A stretch of DNA of 64,000 nucleotides from Eledone cirrhosa. Lineage: Eukaryota. A program made the position numbers and the translations under genes. The DNA lies in assembly GCA_964016885.1 (NCBI GenBank), contig OZ024743.1, forward strand, positions 930,001-994,000. Reading direction: 5' to 3'. This document shows positions 13,801 to 25,592 of the stretch, piece by piece (within the stretch, counting starts at the first letter, position 1; every line of letters begins with the position of its first letter). The notes beneath the pieces are model-generated. The model saw only the letters and a list, made by a program, of their open reading frames with translations. It had not been told where the DNA came from and made no database searches.

Positions 13801-16800
13801 ATCAATTGAGAGTTGGCTGTTTGAACGCGCGTGGCCTGGGCTCAGCTTGGAAGCAAGCAAAGCTTCTAAGTGACCTCAGGTCACAAAGTATAGATGTGAT
13901 GGTTGTTTGCGAGAGTCGGATCAGCAGCGTGAGACAGCTGGCGCCCGCCTTCGATGACTTTGAGATGCACGCATCTCTCTGTCAACCCGGAGGCGGGGGG
14001 GGGGAGTTGCCGTACTGCTGGATAAACGTCTGACTCTCGACGTACAGATTGTTCACTCGGACCCGGGGGGTCGATTACTGGTGCTGGACGTCGGAGGCAG
14101 TGAAGGCGGGGCTTTCAGACTGGTCGGTCTTTATGCTCCCTTCGGGGCGGAAAGAGCCGACTTCTTCCAGCGTCTGGAGACTTTTCTAGGAACGTCGCGT
14201 TCCCTGCTTTTAGTGGGGGACTGGAATGGAATCCTAGATGCGCGTTGGGACTATGCAGGGGCATGTCCCGATAGAGGGGGGTGTAGCAGCCTCAAGGGGT
14301 TACTCGATCGATTCGACCTGGTCGATAGATTTCGACTAGATTGTCCAACTGCGCCAACCTGGACCTGGGCAAACCGCAGTAGACAATCTAGATCGTACCT
14401 AGATAGGTTTTTAGTTAGGAGTAAGGATAGGGACGTATTTAGTTGTCCAGAACTGATCATGGTTGGCTATTCAGATCACAAATTAGTGACCTGCGTGGTC
14501 AACCTTGATAGAACGCATAGACAGGGTCCCGGTTACTGGAAGATGAACTTGTCCTTACCGACAAAGAAAGATTACAGAAACCGGATTAGTAGCTTAGTTA
14601 AGATACGGTTGACGGGAGCGATCGTCAACAGTAGGTGGTGGATATCTCTAAAGAGAGAGATTAGAGTAAGTTCGATAGGTTACAGTAAGGAACTAGCGGC
14701 GAATAGAAATAGGAGGGAAAGGGAGTTAACAGATAAACTAGAAGAGGCGATTAGGAGCGGAGACGTAGCCAGAGTGTTAGCGACGAGAACGGCATTGAGC
14801 CAGTTCTTTGACGCGAAGCACGAAGGCTGCGTTGTCCGAAGTAAAATACGTGCTTTAGGAAACGAGGGGACCAAAGCTGTTAGCTGGGCCCGCGTGACAG
14901 AAGCCAAGAGTGGGATTAAATCCACCATTCGGTCTTTGCGAGACCAGGATGGACGGGTGATCCTTGAACCTGAGCGAATGTGCGAGACCTTTCAAAGGCA
15001 CTTTGCTCGACTGTTCGGAGGTGGCGGGGGGCCGGACGGGGATGTGGACTTCGGTCCATACCTCGACGGTCTACCGCGTCTTTCGAGCGGCGAAGCGGAG
15101 TGCTGCGAAAGGCCAATCACAGCCACTGAAATCGGGGAAGCGCTCAGCCAATGCAGCAGACGCAAATCCCCGGGTCTCGATGGTCTACCATACGAACTTT
15201 ATTTAGCTATGCCGGTCTTGTTCTCCGAACTCCTCGAGGCTGTCTATTGCAACTGGCAACAGAACGGGAGAATTCCCTGTTCTGTGACCAAGGGCGTGGT
15301 CACGCTAGTGAGGAAGGACGAGAGCAAGGGGGACGACTTAAGTAACTTTAGGCCCATAACTCTGCTGAATGCAGATTTACAGATTTTGGCCAAGGTGTTG
15401 GCGAAGAGGTTGGCGCTTGTGGTGGGTGGTTTGGTGGGAGACGCGCAGACATGCGCTATCCCGTCCAGGTCCATTCACGACAACCTCCACCTCATGCGAT
15501 ACATCATAGAGAGGGTTGGCTACGAACCCGGCTTTGGTGGGGCCCTGATCAACTTGGATCAATCTAAGGCGTTCGATAGGGTCGACCATGGTTACCTGGA
15601 TGCGGTGCTAGCGGCGGCGGGCTTCGGACCCGTTTTCAGGGGCTGGATTTCTGCCATGCACAGTGGCAACATCTACTCTAGGATTAAAGTAAACGGCTAC
15701 CTCTCGGAGCCGTTTCAAATCACCCGATCCATCAGACAGGGGTGCCCCCTCTCCTCCCTTCTGTACGTATTGACTCTCGAGCCACTGCTGCGGAAGTTGG
15801 AGTTGCTGCGGGGCATACCCCTGGAACCGGGATTGCACAAAGCGGTCTCGGCCTATGCCGACGACGTAACAGTAATGGTGGCGGACGCCTCGGAAATCGG
15901 GGCGATCGCCACCCTACTGGAGGAATACGAAAGGCTGACGGGGGCTAAGCTGAACCAGGACAAGTCAGTCGGTTTGCAACTCGGAACGTGGAGGGGCAAA
16001 CCGATGCCGTTAGACGGTGTCGTCGGGCGGTGGACGGAGGGCCCGGTGAAGCTGCTCGGGGTCTGGTTCGGACCGGACCTCCAGGTGGAGAAGAATTGGG
16101 GCGAGGTGACGAGCAGGGTGTTTGCGCTGACCCAGAAGTGGGCCAAGAGCAAACTATCACTGAAAGGTCGGGCGGAGGTGACGAACGCTTACATAGCGTC
16201 CGTCATCTACTACCGCCTGACCGTCGTGCCTTGCCCCAAGGAAAAGCTCACCATCATGGAACGCATGCTCTTCCAGTTCCTCTGGAAGAAGCGGCCTCCC
16301 ATGGTGAGGAGATCCATCTGCTGCCAGCACCCTTCGAAAGGAGGGCTGGGTATGCCGTGGCTGTTGATGCGTAGGCACGCATTGAGGCTACGGCATCTAC
16401 AGGTATTCCTCAACGGTCAGCCGGTGTGGGCCCCGTTTGTGAGGCGAGCCTTCCCACAGCTCGTCTCGCTCACCGAACTGCAATCCTGGGTGAAGCAAAG
16501 ACCGAGAAAACTGGGCAACTGGCACACCGAGTGTGCCCAGGCGCTCACGGCTATCTGGCAAGCGGACCCGACTGTCAGTGGAGAATCCACCTCGACATTC
16601 TATAGAGGGTTGGTGGCTAGCAGGGGCGACGACACCCTTGGAGAGTCGCTAGGCATGGAGGAGGACGAACTGGCCAGCCTGTTCGGTAGAACTTTCGGCC
16701 CGGGACCCATGGACAACTTCCAGAGGTCCCTAGCCTGGCAGTGTTACCGGGGGGCTCTGCCCGTTCGAGAAAAGCTCTACAGACACGGGCGCCCGGGCAG

Positions 16801-17236
16801 GGATCCCGCGAAAAAGATCTGTCCCAGATGCGTGCGCGACGAGGAAACCGTTGCGCATGCACTGGTACACTGCCCGGGCGTTGCCGATCTGTGGGGCTAC
16901 GTCGAACGACTGCTGTCGCGTGTGGCGCCGATTCGATTAACCGCCGAGTCTGTGGTGAACATCAAGCCGCCTCCTCCCTTCAGAAATGAAGCAGAGGCGG
17001 TCTTTCTGTGCGTAATAGCCATGATGAAAGAGGTTGTGTGGTGGACGTGCCTGAAAGGTCTGAGGTCGGGTGACTTTCTCTCCGGCCATCACCTGGTTTA
17101 CTTCTTCCGATACCACTTCGGAAGAAGAATCAGGATGGAGAGAGAAGTGCTTGGTCCCAGACAGCTTTATGAAAGGTGGGTGAAAGAAGCGAGAATGGCC
17201 CGTGTAAATGGGCCTTCTCTCTACATTGTTCTGTAG
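13797..17236 (+). CDS. Element B ORF2 (APE-RT-zf); apparent frameshift at poly-G ~13996-14004; the start position reads ATA
   Basis: ORF 13806-14033 plus the 1051-aa ORF 14081-17236. Motifs GDWN, SDH, LDQSKAFDRV, QGCPLS, YADD and CPRC..H..HC are intact. Confidence 0.92.
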
Positions 17237-17467
17237 GTAAAGAAGTGAAGAGGAAAGGGGGAGCGCCTCCTCTCTGGGCTTCCCCCGCGAAAAGAGTTGC
17301 ACACTTTTCGGGGGTATGTGCAATCCCCAACACGCCCCCTCCCTTTTGAGGACTTTTTATTGTTATATTATTATTGTTATTCCTTTTTTCTTTACTCGAT
17401 TTATGTAAACTCCCCCACTGTGTAAATGTCCCCTTCTTTTGTGCCCTCGTGGAAAATAAATAGAAAT

Positions 17468-17468
<1 letters not shown>

Positions 17469-17513
<45 letters not shown>

Positions 17514-17560
17514 GTCTGTCTGTCTGTCTGTCTATCTATATATCTATCTCTCTATCAATC
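17469..17560 (+). repeat. (TATC)n/(TGTC)n tail after element B
   Basis: Direct sequence. Confidence 0.93.
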
Positions 17561-17885
17561 TATCTATCTATCTCAATTTCTCACACCCTGAATCTGTCTT
17601 TGTTTCTCTCACTCTCTCTCTCTTTCTCCCTCTCTCTCACTCTCTCTCTCTGAGTGTATTTATATCGTACTCTTTAGGCCCATCTAATTTGTTTCAAATA
17701 CTTTAATTACCTCATTCAATACAACATTTTTCTAAGACCTTTTTAACTTCTAAGGAGATTTCACGCACATCGAGCTACCATATATCTGCTCACTTCGTTA
17801 GCCATCAATCTATCTGTCTAACGATCTATCCACTCGTCTATCTGTCTATTTATCAATCTATTTAACTGCCTGTCTGTTTGCCTGC

Positions 17886-17958
<73 letters not shown>

Positions 17959-17994
17959 TCCCTCTCACTTCTTCTCCCTCCCTATCTATCTATC

Positions 17995-18043
<49 letters not shown>

Positions 18044-18156
18044 ATATATATATATATATATATGTATGTAAAATGTAAACAGAAATAACAACACAATCGG
18101 TACAGTATATGGAAGGCATATATAGAAGGTTAACGCTTGATATAGCAGGAAGAGGG

Positions 18157-18192
18157 TCTTAACGTTTCGGATGCTAGTCCTTCATCAGAAGA
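18157..18192 (-). ncRNA. Minimal type I hammerhead ribozyme in a PLE terminal fragment
   Basis: Minus strand: TCTT-CTGATGA-AGGACTAGCATCC-GAAAC-GTT-AAGA; stem I TCTT/AAGA, stem II GGA/TCC. Confidence 0.65.
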
Positions 18193-18428
18193 AAGAATGA
18201 TAAATAAAATAGATTAAGGGGACGGGAGGGATGGAATTGGATAAAATGTCTTTAGATAAAAATAATAGGTCCATTCATGTTGACATCTCTTGCAAAACTG
18301 TCGGTGCTGGCGTTTTGTGTATGGTTTGTTTTTTTAGAAAAGTAGATGATGACGAGTGTCTACCTGAAATGGAAAACAAACGTTTTGTAAAAAGAGCTAT
18401 ACTTGAGCACGTGCTTCAGCATGAGTGT

Positions 18429-18530
<102 letters not shown>

Positions 18531-19023
18531 GTGTGTGTGTGCGTGTGTGTATTATTATAGGTCCGACGAAACTAAGAAGAGATGTGTGTGTATATGTGAG
18601 TAAAAGAGTGTGTGCATGTTAAATACGAAGCTATGAGCAAAGGGAAAGCGATAGGAATCTAGGGGTGATAATGGATGGGGTATTAGAGAAATTGGGGAGG
18701 TGAGATATATGTATATATATACTATTTCTAATCATAATTCCTTGTCCTCAACTATCGACCGCATACACTTGTTATAGCAACACCGTTCATTTTTTTTTTC
18801 ATTAATTTCAAACCTGGATCTATATCTTTGCATTTAACACGAATTATCATTAATGTGATTACATTTTCTTTTCATCACGAGTATAATTATCATTAATTAC
18901 ACCTTTCGAGACTAACTATATTAACAATGCTAATCCCAACCTTAATAATTCTCTGTCAGTCTATACTTTTATCTCTCTGACACTTTGACTCAATATATTG
19001 TTACAACACACATGCATGTATGT

Positions 19024-19075
<52 letters not shown>

Positions 19076-19079
<4 letters not shown>

Positions 19080-19155
19080 AAGGAGTTGTGGTAAGGAACC
19101 AGATGGACCATAACGCACCAGAGTCCTCAATACTTAGGGTAGTAGAGTGGGTCAT
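19076..19155. repeat. Dispersed PLE-associated terminal module (GAAGGAAATGTGGTAAGGAACCAGGTGGACCATAACGCACC...)
   Basis: Near-identical copies at 36212-36343, 45885-45978 (opposite strand) and 57414-57546, always abutting (TA)n at the same end. Confidence 0.85.
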
Positions 19156-19182
19156 ACATTCTCAAATATATATATATATATA

Positions 19183-20719
19183 TAATTTTAAAGACCATAA
19201 AAGAAATTTCGAGGAGGATTTAGCAATTAGACTCATAGCACCTTCTAAATCCGATCTTGGAATAATTAGTAAAAATATAATAGATAGGATTTTACCAACA
19301 CTTAAATTGAAATTACAGCTAAATCTATGGAAAGGCACAAGTGAAGTTATAGATTGGTTCAAAAATATTAAACATAAAAATAATTATAAGTTCATTCAAA
19401 TGGATATAGCCAGTTATTATTCCTCGATAACTCCTAATCTATTAAATAAGGCGCTATCATATGCATATAAACACACAGACCTATTTAGTGAGGAGATAAA
19501 TACTATATTAACAGTAAGGCGAACCTTGATTGATTTTAATAATGATCTTTGGACTAGGGCAGATAGACAAGAGAATTTTGACATTACTATGGGTTTGTCA
19601 GATTCGGCGCAAGTTACAGATCTTGTGGGCATTTTTATCCTTAACATGACAAATAGAAAACTGCCGGAGATTACCGGAGATTTATATAGGGTCGACATAC
19701 TATTTATTGTAGAAAAACATAACAATAGTGAATTAAATAGAGTAAAGAAAGTAATTATAGAATTTTTTTTAATTATTACCTGAAATTAGAAGTAGAAAAT
19801 AATAATAAAATAGTCAATTTTTTAGATGTGACTCTAAATCTGAACTCAGGCCTTTATTATTCTTTACATAAAGTCAATGAGAACTTAAATTATGTCAGTT
19901 TTTATTTTGATCAGCCTAAAAGTGTTAAGAACGCAATAGTCAACAGTGTACAACAACGAATATCCAGACTATCCGCTAATAGATCCATATTTAATAGTAA
20001 GGCTATATATTATAATGAAGCGTTACATAAAGGTGGATATAACAATAATATTGAGTATATCGACAAAAATACTGAAATCCATCAAAATAAAATTAATTAT
20101 AATCACAATAATCATAATAAAAACGAATATAATAGCAACAACTGGACGAATAAATCGAAGAAAAAAATAAGAACTAGATCTATAATCTGGTATGCTCCGC
20201 CAGCATCTTTAGCTATTAAACCACCTGTAGCACATTTATTTTTTAAAGATTTGGATAAATGCTTCCCTTAATAATTATTTAAATACGCTTTAAAGATTAA
20301 TTCTTTTAAAGTTGTAGTAAAATATTAATAGAATATCTTACCATAAAATTTAAAATTATAATAATCTAATGTATAAATGTATAAATAACTTAAATATGTG
20401 ATTGCTATAGAAAATAATCTATACCGAATAATCTAGATATAATATAAAATTATAATTAGCTAAAATATAATCCAATACAAGAGATAATCATTGATATATA
20501 GATTTTTGATTTCTTATTTTATCTAGGACTTGAAAACAACGGTTTTTTATTCCCCTCTATTTGGTGTTTTCTTCTTTTTTTTCTCGTTTTTCTTTATTCC
20601 CCTTCGTTTCCTTTTACTCTCCCCACATCTTCCCTCTCTTTTGTCTTTATTCCTCTTTTCTTTTATATATTTCTTTTCTTCTTTTATTCATTCATCCATT
20701 TAGTTATTTAATTATTCAT

Positions 20720-20766
<47 letters not shown>

Positions 20767-21059
20767 TTTCTTGCCTTTTCCTCTTCGTTGCACCCCCTCT
20801 TATATCTCTAACTTGCTCTACAACCGTTTCTTCTTTTTTAAGTTTATCATATTATTTGTGGTATAAAAACGTTTAGATTTGATAAAATAAATCACTGCCA
20901 ATACTGGAATTGAATAATCAAAACCGTAACGGTATGTCACATATGAAATCATATATTTTGTCTGATGAAAACGTACTTAAACACCAAAGTACCTTTGAAA
21001 TATGTATAATAAAATATATATTTTGATTATGAGAATATTTTTCATTTGTTAACATTCTG

Positions 21060-21065
<6 letters not shown>
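19183..21065 (+). mobile_element. Truncated, decayed Naiad-type Penelope-like element
   Basis: RT fragments 19183-19783 and 19828-20271 (FKDHK, PSKSDLG, FDITMG.SDSAQVTDLVG, LYRVD) are homologous to the 22-24 kb element. 3' hammerhead present; (TA)n flanks. Confidence 0.85.
20955..21015 (+). ncRNA. Hammerhead ribozyme at the PLE 3' end
   Basis: ATTTTGT-CTGATGA-stem II (GTACTT/AAGTAC)-GAAA-TATGTA-TA-ATAAAAT. Confidence 0.7.
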
Positions 21066-21109
<44 letters not shown>

Positions 21110-21143
21110 GGATTTAAATGGATACAGTTTAGTTAAAAGGAAT

Positions 21144-21265
21144 TTATTGACACGTGTTTCAATAACAGTTACATAACCTGAAAACAGCTGCTATCTACAA
21201 AGTATTAGTTATGCAGACATTCAATATTTCAATGTTATTATCAACTGTCATTTCATCAGAATAAT
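21144..21265 (-). ncRNA. Type I hammerhead ribozyme with a 72-nt stem II loop
   Basis: TTATT-CTGATGA-AATGACAGTT...AACTGTTATT-GAAAC-ACGT-GTC-AATAA; all three stems pair. Confidence 0.75.
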
Positions 21266-21787
21266 TTTACTGAGGACCTGTTTGGTTTTTATAGAGAATA
21301 TTAGGAGGGAGGGGTGAAGTTGTTAGAAGAATAGTTGAGGGAGTGGTTTTGTGATAGCAGTGAGAATTTTTGGTGGCAGTGAGTAATTAGATTCCCATCT
21401 GGTGTTTTGACAATTTTATAGAATATATTATTGGTTATTTTTCTAAATTTATAGAAGGATTAGAGATAGTATAGATATGCATGGTTGGTTTTGTGTTTGC
21501 ACTTAATTAACATTCAGACTTAAATTTTTCTTTCAAGTGTATGTATCCTTTCGCCCACGCATTCACACACAAACATATATGCACACCTCTACAAAATACA
21601 TATACTCACATACACATACTTACATGCTCATACTTACATACATATACACATGCACATATAAATATATACATATATATACATATATACATGTACATACATA
21701 CGCATTCATGTGTATACATTTTCATACTCAACTTATCTTTATATACACACGTATAGACACACACATATATACATACATACTCCAGTC

Positions 21788-21870
<83 letters not shown>

Positions 21871-22145
21871 ACTTTAATACTTGAATACACTTACATCTTA
21901 CTATACACATCAAATATATATATATATTTACTTATTTATATACATTTTCACATATATATACATACATATGGTCGCTTTTAGACACATTCATTATAGCATA
22001 TTCGCACCTATTCTCATCAGCGTATCTTTCCATTATTAGTGTGGTCATTTAAGGTTATTAATATACATATATATGTTGAGAAGAGATTGTTTTTATATTT
22101 TTCTAACTAGATTGAGGTTTATATAGTTGGGGGGATGTCCCTCTT

Positions 22146-24447
22146 TTATGTAATATTCAGCTTGTAGTGTGAAAAAAGGGTTTTAGTTCGGTGACGGCAA
22201 AATAATGTTCGTTCAATTCTGTTATTAAGCAATTTCTTCTTGTGTGTGATTATGTAATAAATCTCAAGATTACACAATTTGCAGAAATTTTGGCTCCTGG
22301 AAAAGCTTTGGGTTTTAGCTAATTTCTCCCATTTTAGGGTAAACTTTTGATCGCTATCCCTGGGCGTCCAAGCTTTTTCTGCTAAAGTTGTTACATTTCT
22401 TTGGCTCTGGTGTTTTATTGAGTAAGAATGCCTATATAATCGAGATTTAAACGATGTTGCCGTTGATCCCACGTAATACCACTCGTTGCCTCCGGATTTA
22501 ATGGTACACTTATAAATGATTTTTTTTTCCAGGCAGTTATTGCCGAGGGGGCAGTTGTCAGGATAGGTGCAGTTACAGTTGTGTACGTTGGGTTTTCTCT
22601 GGAGTAGTATTGCGGACGAACTTAGGTGTGGTTTATTTATGTTCTGTAGTGTATTGTCTACTGTGTTTTTTGTGTTCTTTGTACTTAAGTTTTTAGTGTT
22701 TTCGTTTAACCTTCTAGTATTGATCTTTTTTATGTGTTGTTCAAGGTTTAACGCTGTAGAGTATGACAGTCTTATAGTGGTAGGGTTTAGGATTTTGTGG
22801 TATTTGTGTGATGTAGGAAAATGTCTCTTAATTATTTTAAAGAAGAGTACTGGTAAATTTGTACTAATGGAACTATTGTATTCAGGGTTATACCATAAGT
22901 ACTCTTTGCATCGCTTTCTATTAGTTTTGTTTGTTGGTTTACTGGTGTGTATACTATGGTAGTAAGTGTGGTTTGGTGTTGTGTTATTATATCTACCTAT
23001 GTGGGATTTATTTTGGGTGTTTTGATTGTTCTCATCTATATACTCTATTTTGTTGAGGTAGCCTGCTTTACTAAAGACGTTATCGTAGTACTCGCTGTGT
23101 TCCTTAAATACTTGTATGTTAGAAGATAGACCCGAGATTCTAAGGGAAATATTTTTAGGGATAGATTTAATTATAGAGATGGGGTGGTTAGACCCAACAT
23201 TTACGTACTTGAGATTTTCATTCAATTTATGAAACGGTTTAATCAGACCAGAGTTTAAATTGAGTGTGACATCCAGGAAGTTAACTACTTTAAGGTTGTA
23301 TTCATATGTTATAGTTAGTCCTATTTCGAGTAGTAGTTTTCTTATATCTTTGCGTAGTTTTTCTAGTTTTTGGTTATTTAGGTTTTTAACTAGGAGGAGA
23401 ACATCGTCGCGGTATATTCCACTGTGGAGATTGCTGAATTTTCCCTGGAGTCTAAAGGCGATAATTAACCCCACAATATCAGTTATTTCCGCCGAATCGT
23501 TAGAGCCCATTGTTATGTCAAAGTTAGAGGGTCTATCTTTACGAACCCAATAACTGTTCTCAAATTTGACTATAGTTTTCCTAGCTTCTAATATAATCTT
23601 AATTTCATCGTTTGTAAGGTCAGAGTTATCCTTAGCTAACTTAATGGCTCTATTCAAAGTTTCAGGTGATATCGATGAGTAATATTCGTCGATATCAAAC
23701 TGGATAAACTTAGATTTATTCTTATTGCTAATGCTATTAAACCATCTTATTGCTTCTTGGGTCTTCCCCCAGAGTTTAATGTTAACCTTAGCCTTAATTT
23801 GGGGAATGATTCTATCTAATATATATTTGCTTATTTTACCTATATCTGATTTAGAGGGGCAGATTGATCTAATTTTAGGGTCATTATCAAAGTTTACCTT
23901 ATGGTCCTTAAGATTGAAGGTGGGTACCGCCGGTAAGAGTGGTCCTGTCCTATCTTCGATTCCGAGATTTTTCACTATTTCGCATGCCTCATCATTGATG
24001 TGCTTAAGAGTTACTTCATTCGTTTTTCTATATTTTTTATGTAATTCTTTTCGAATGAAGTTGTTGTATGTAGTGCAGTCCATAGTATACAGGTTTGATG
24101 TTTTGTCCGCTTTTACTACAATTCCTTTGGTGTTTTTAAGGTGGTCCAGTAGTTTTTTTGTTGGTGTTACGTCCTTTGAATTTAATTTTAAGGATTAAGT
24201 TCATAAGGTCCTGCTCAAATGCATCTAATAGTGGGTTATTGGGTCGGTTTTTACACGTTCTAAAACCAAATTTGTTGTTTACACCACTTTCTGATGGTGA
24301 GTTCATACGGCTTCTATCATAGTGGAGCGTTTTCCACCTGACACGTCGAATGAATTCATTAGTTTTTTTAATCATACTCAATAAGTATTCCTTTTTACCT
24401 TGGATTGGTATGTTTTTGAGTGACATATCCAGGTAGTCTTTTTCCAT
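22146..24447 (-). pseudogene. PLE RT / GIY-YIG endonuclease ORF with one frameshift near 24140
   Basis: Motifs ADKT, FIQFDIDEYY, MGSNDSAE, GIYRDD, FLDVT, CNC..CPL..C, IIY...YYVGST..FKSR and CKLC..E...LN...CRH, as described for Naiad PLEs. Confidence 0.92.
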
Positions 24448-24541
24448 TGTTGTGGTTGCGTTTGCTGTGTGGGTTGCTCGACTTTACAGGAGGTAAATAT
24501 ACAGTATTTTCCGTAGTGCTGTAATATAAATATTACACACA

Positions 24542-24591
<50 letters not shown>

Positions 24592-24698
24592 CAGAATGTT
24601 AACAAATGAACGTTACGGTTTTTATTATTCAAATATATTTGACGGCGACGAATTTGTTTTGTGAGGTTTTTGATATTAAATCGTGTGTCGAAACAAAT

Positions 24699-25291
24699 AT
24701 TGTTATACTTGAGGGGGGTCATATTGTTGTGATAATATTCCCAGAAATAATAACACCACACACTCACTGTTTGGTTGGTTTTCGCTGCTGTATCTTTTAT
24801 ATCTCCACAGTTAATTCATTCGGTCATCAATGTTTACCATTGACTGACCAACGGTCAAAAATACAGATATAATGTAGATATAAACATATATATAGTGTAA
24901 CAAAGTTCTTTCGTTGCACATCTGCAGCATCATCAGTGGTACTATTATGTTCCTCCTGTTGTATTGTATACACACACACGCAAAGCATGCGCAGAGAAGA
25001 AGACAACAGTAAATAAATAAATAAACAGACAAAATAAAAATGGCGGAGGAACATAATAGTACCACTGATGATGTTGCAGATGTGCAAGGAAATAACTTTG
25101 TTAGACTATATATATGTGTTTATATCTATATTATATCTGTATTTTGATCGTTAGTTAGTCAATGGTAAACATTGAGGACCGAATGAATTAACTGTGGAGA
25201 TATAAAAGTTACAGAAGCGAAAACCAACCAAACATTGAGTGTGTTCTGGCAATATTATTACAACAATATGACCCTCCCCAAGTATAACAAT
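24699..25291. repeat. Inverted pair of PLE terminal repeats (arms ~24699-24955 and ~25047-25291), each with a hammerhead-like core
   Basis: The arms are reverse complements with scattered mismatches. CTGATGA..TGCA/TGCA..GAAA occurs at ~24896-24942 (-) and ~25058-25105 (+). The terminus matches that of the PLE at 62.5 kb. Confidence 0.85.
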
Positions 25292-25314
25292 ATATATATA
25301 TGTATGTATATATA

Positions 25315-25537
25315 TATTGTTATAGTTTGGGAAGGTAGTGCTGCTAATAAAAACACACGAACCTGTTTGTTTTCACTTCAATTTATTATAAATTTTCGCT
25401 TGGCTGGTTGGTTCGATAATCAGAACTGTGTTTATATATTACAAAGCTCTTTCGTCACAGATTCTGTGGCCTCCTCAGTAACTAAGTTTTTATTCTGTGT
25501 CTCTCCTTTATTCTGTCCTACACCATCTTGTTTCTTT

Positions 25538-25540
<3 letters not shown>
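25315..25540 (-). mobile_element. Solo PLE terminal repeat related to the 62.5-64 kb element, with a hammerhead core at 25438-25483
   Basis: Similar to 62493-62760; CTGAGGA-GGCCACAGAATCTGTGAC-GAAA. Confidence 0.75.

Positions 25541-25592
<52 letters not shown>

Larger units (their letters stand above)
11742..17468 (+). mobile_element. Full-length L1/Tx1-like LINE, element B (a distinct subfamily from A)
   Basis: Same architecture as A. ORF2 is clearly homologous, while ORF1 and the UTRs are strongly diverged. Confidence 0.95.
21107..24542 (-). mobile_element. Near full-length Naiad-type Penelope-like element inserted in (TA)n
   Basis: RT plus C-terminal GIY-YIG ORF, long 3' region with a hammerhead, and (TA)n on both sides. 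Confidence 0.9.

Noticed and set aside
22146-24447. Selenoprotein-type Naiad (in-frame UGA plus SECIS)
   Set aside because: The long ORF has no in-frame TGA, the Cys motifs are ordinary Cys, and no convincing SECIS was seen.
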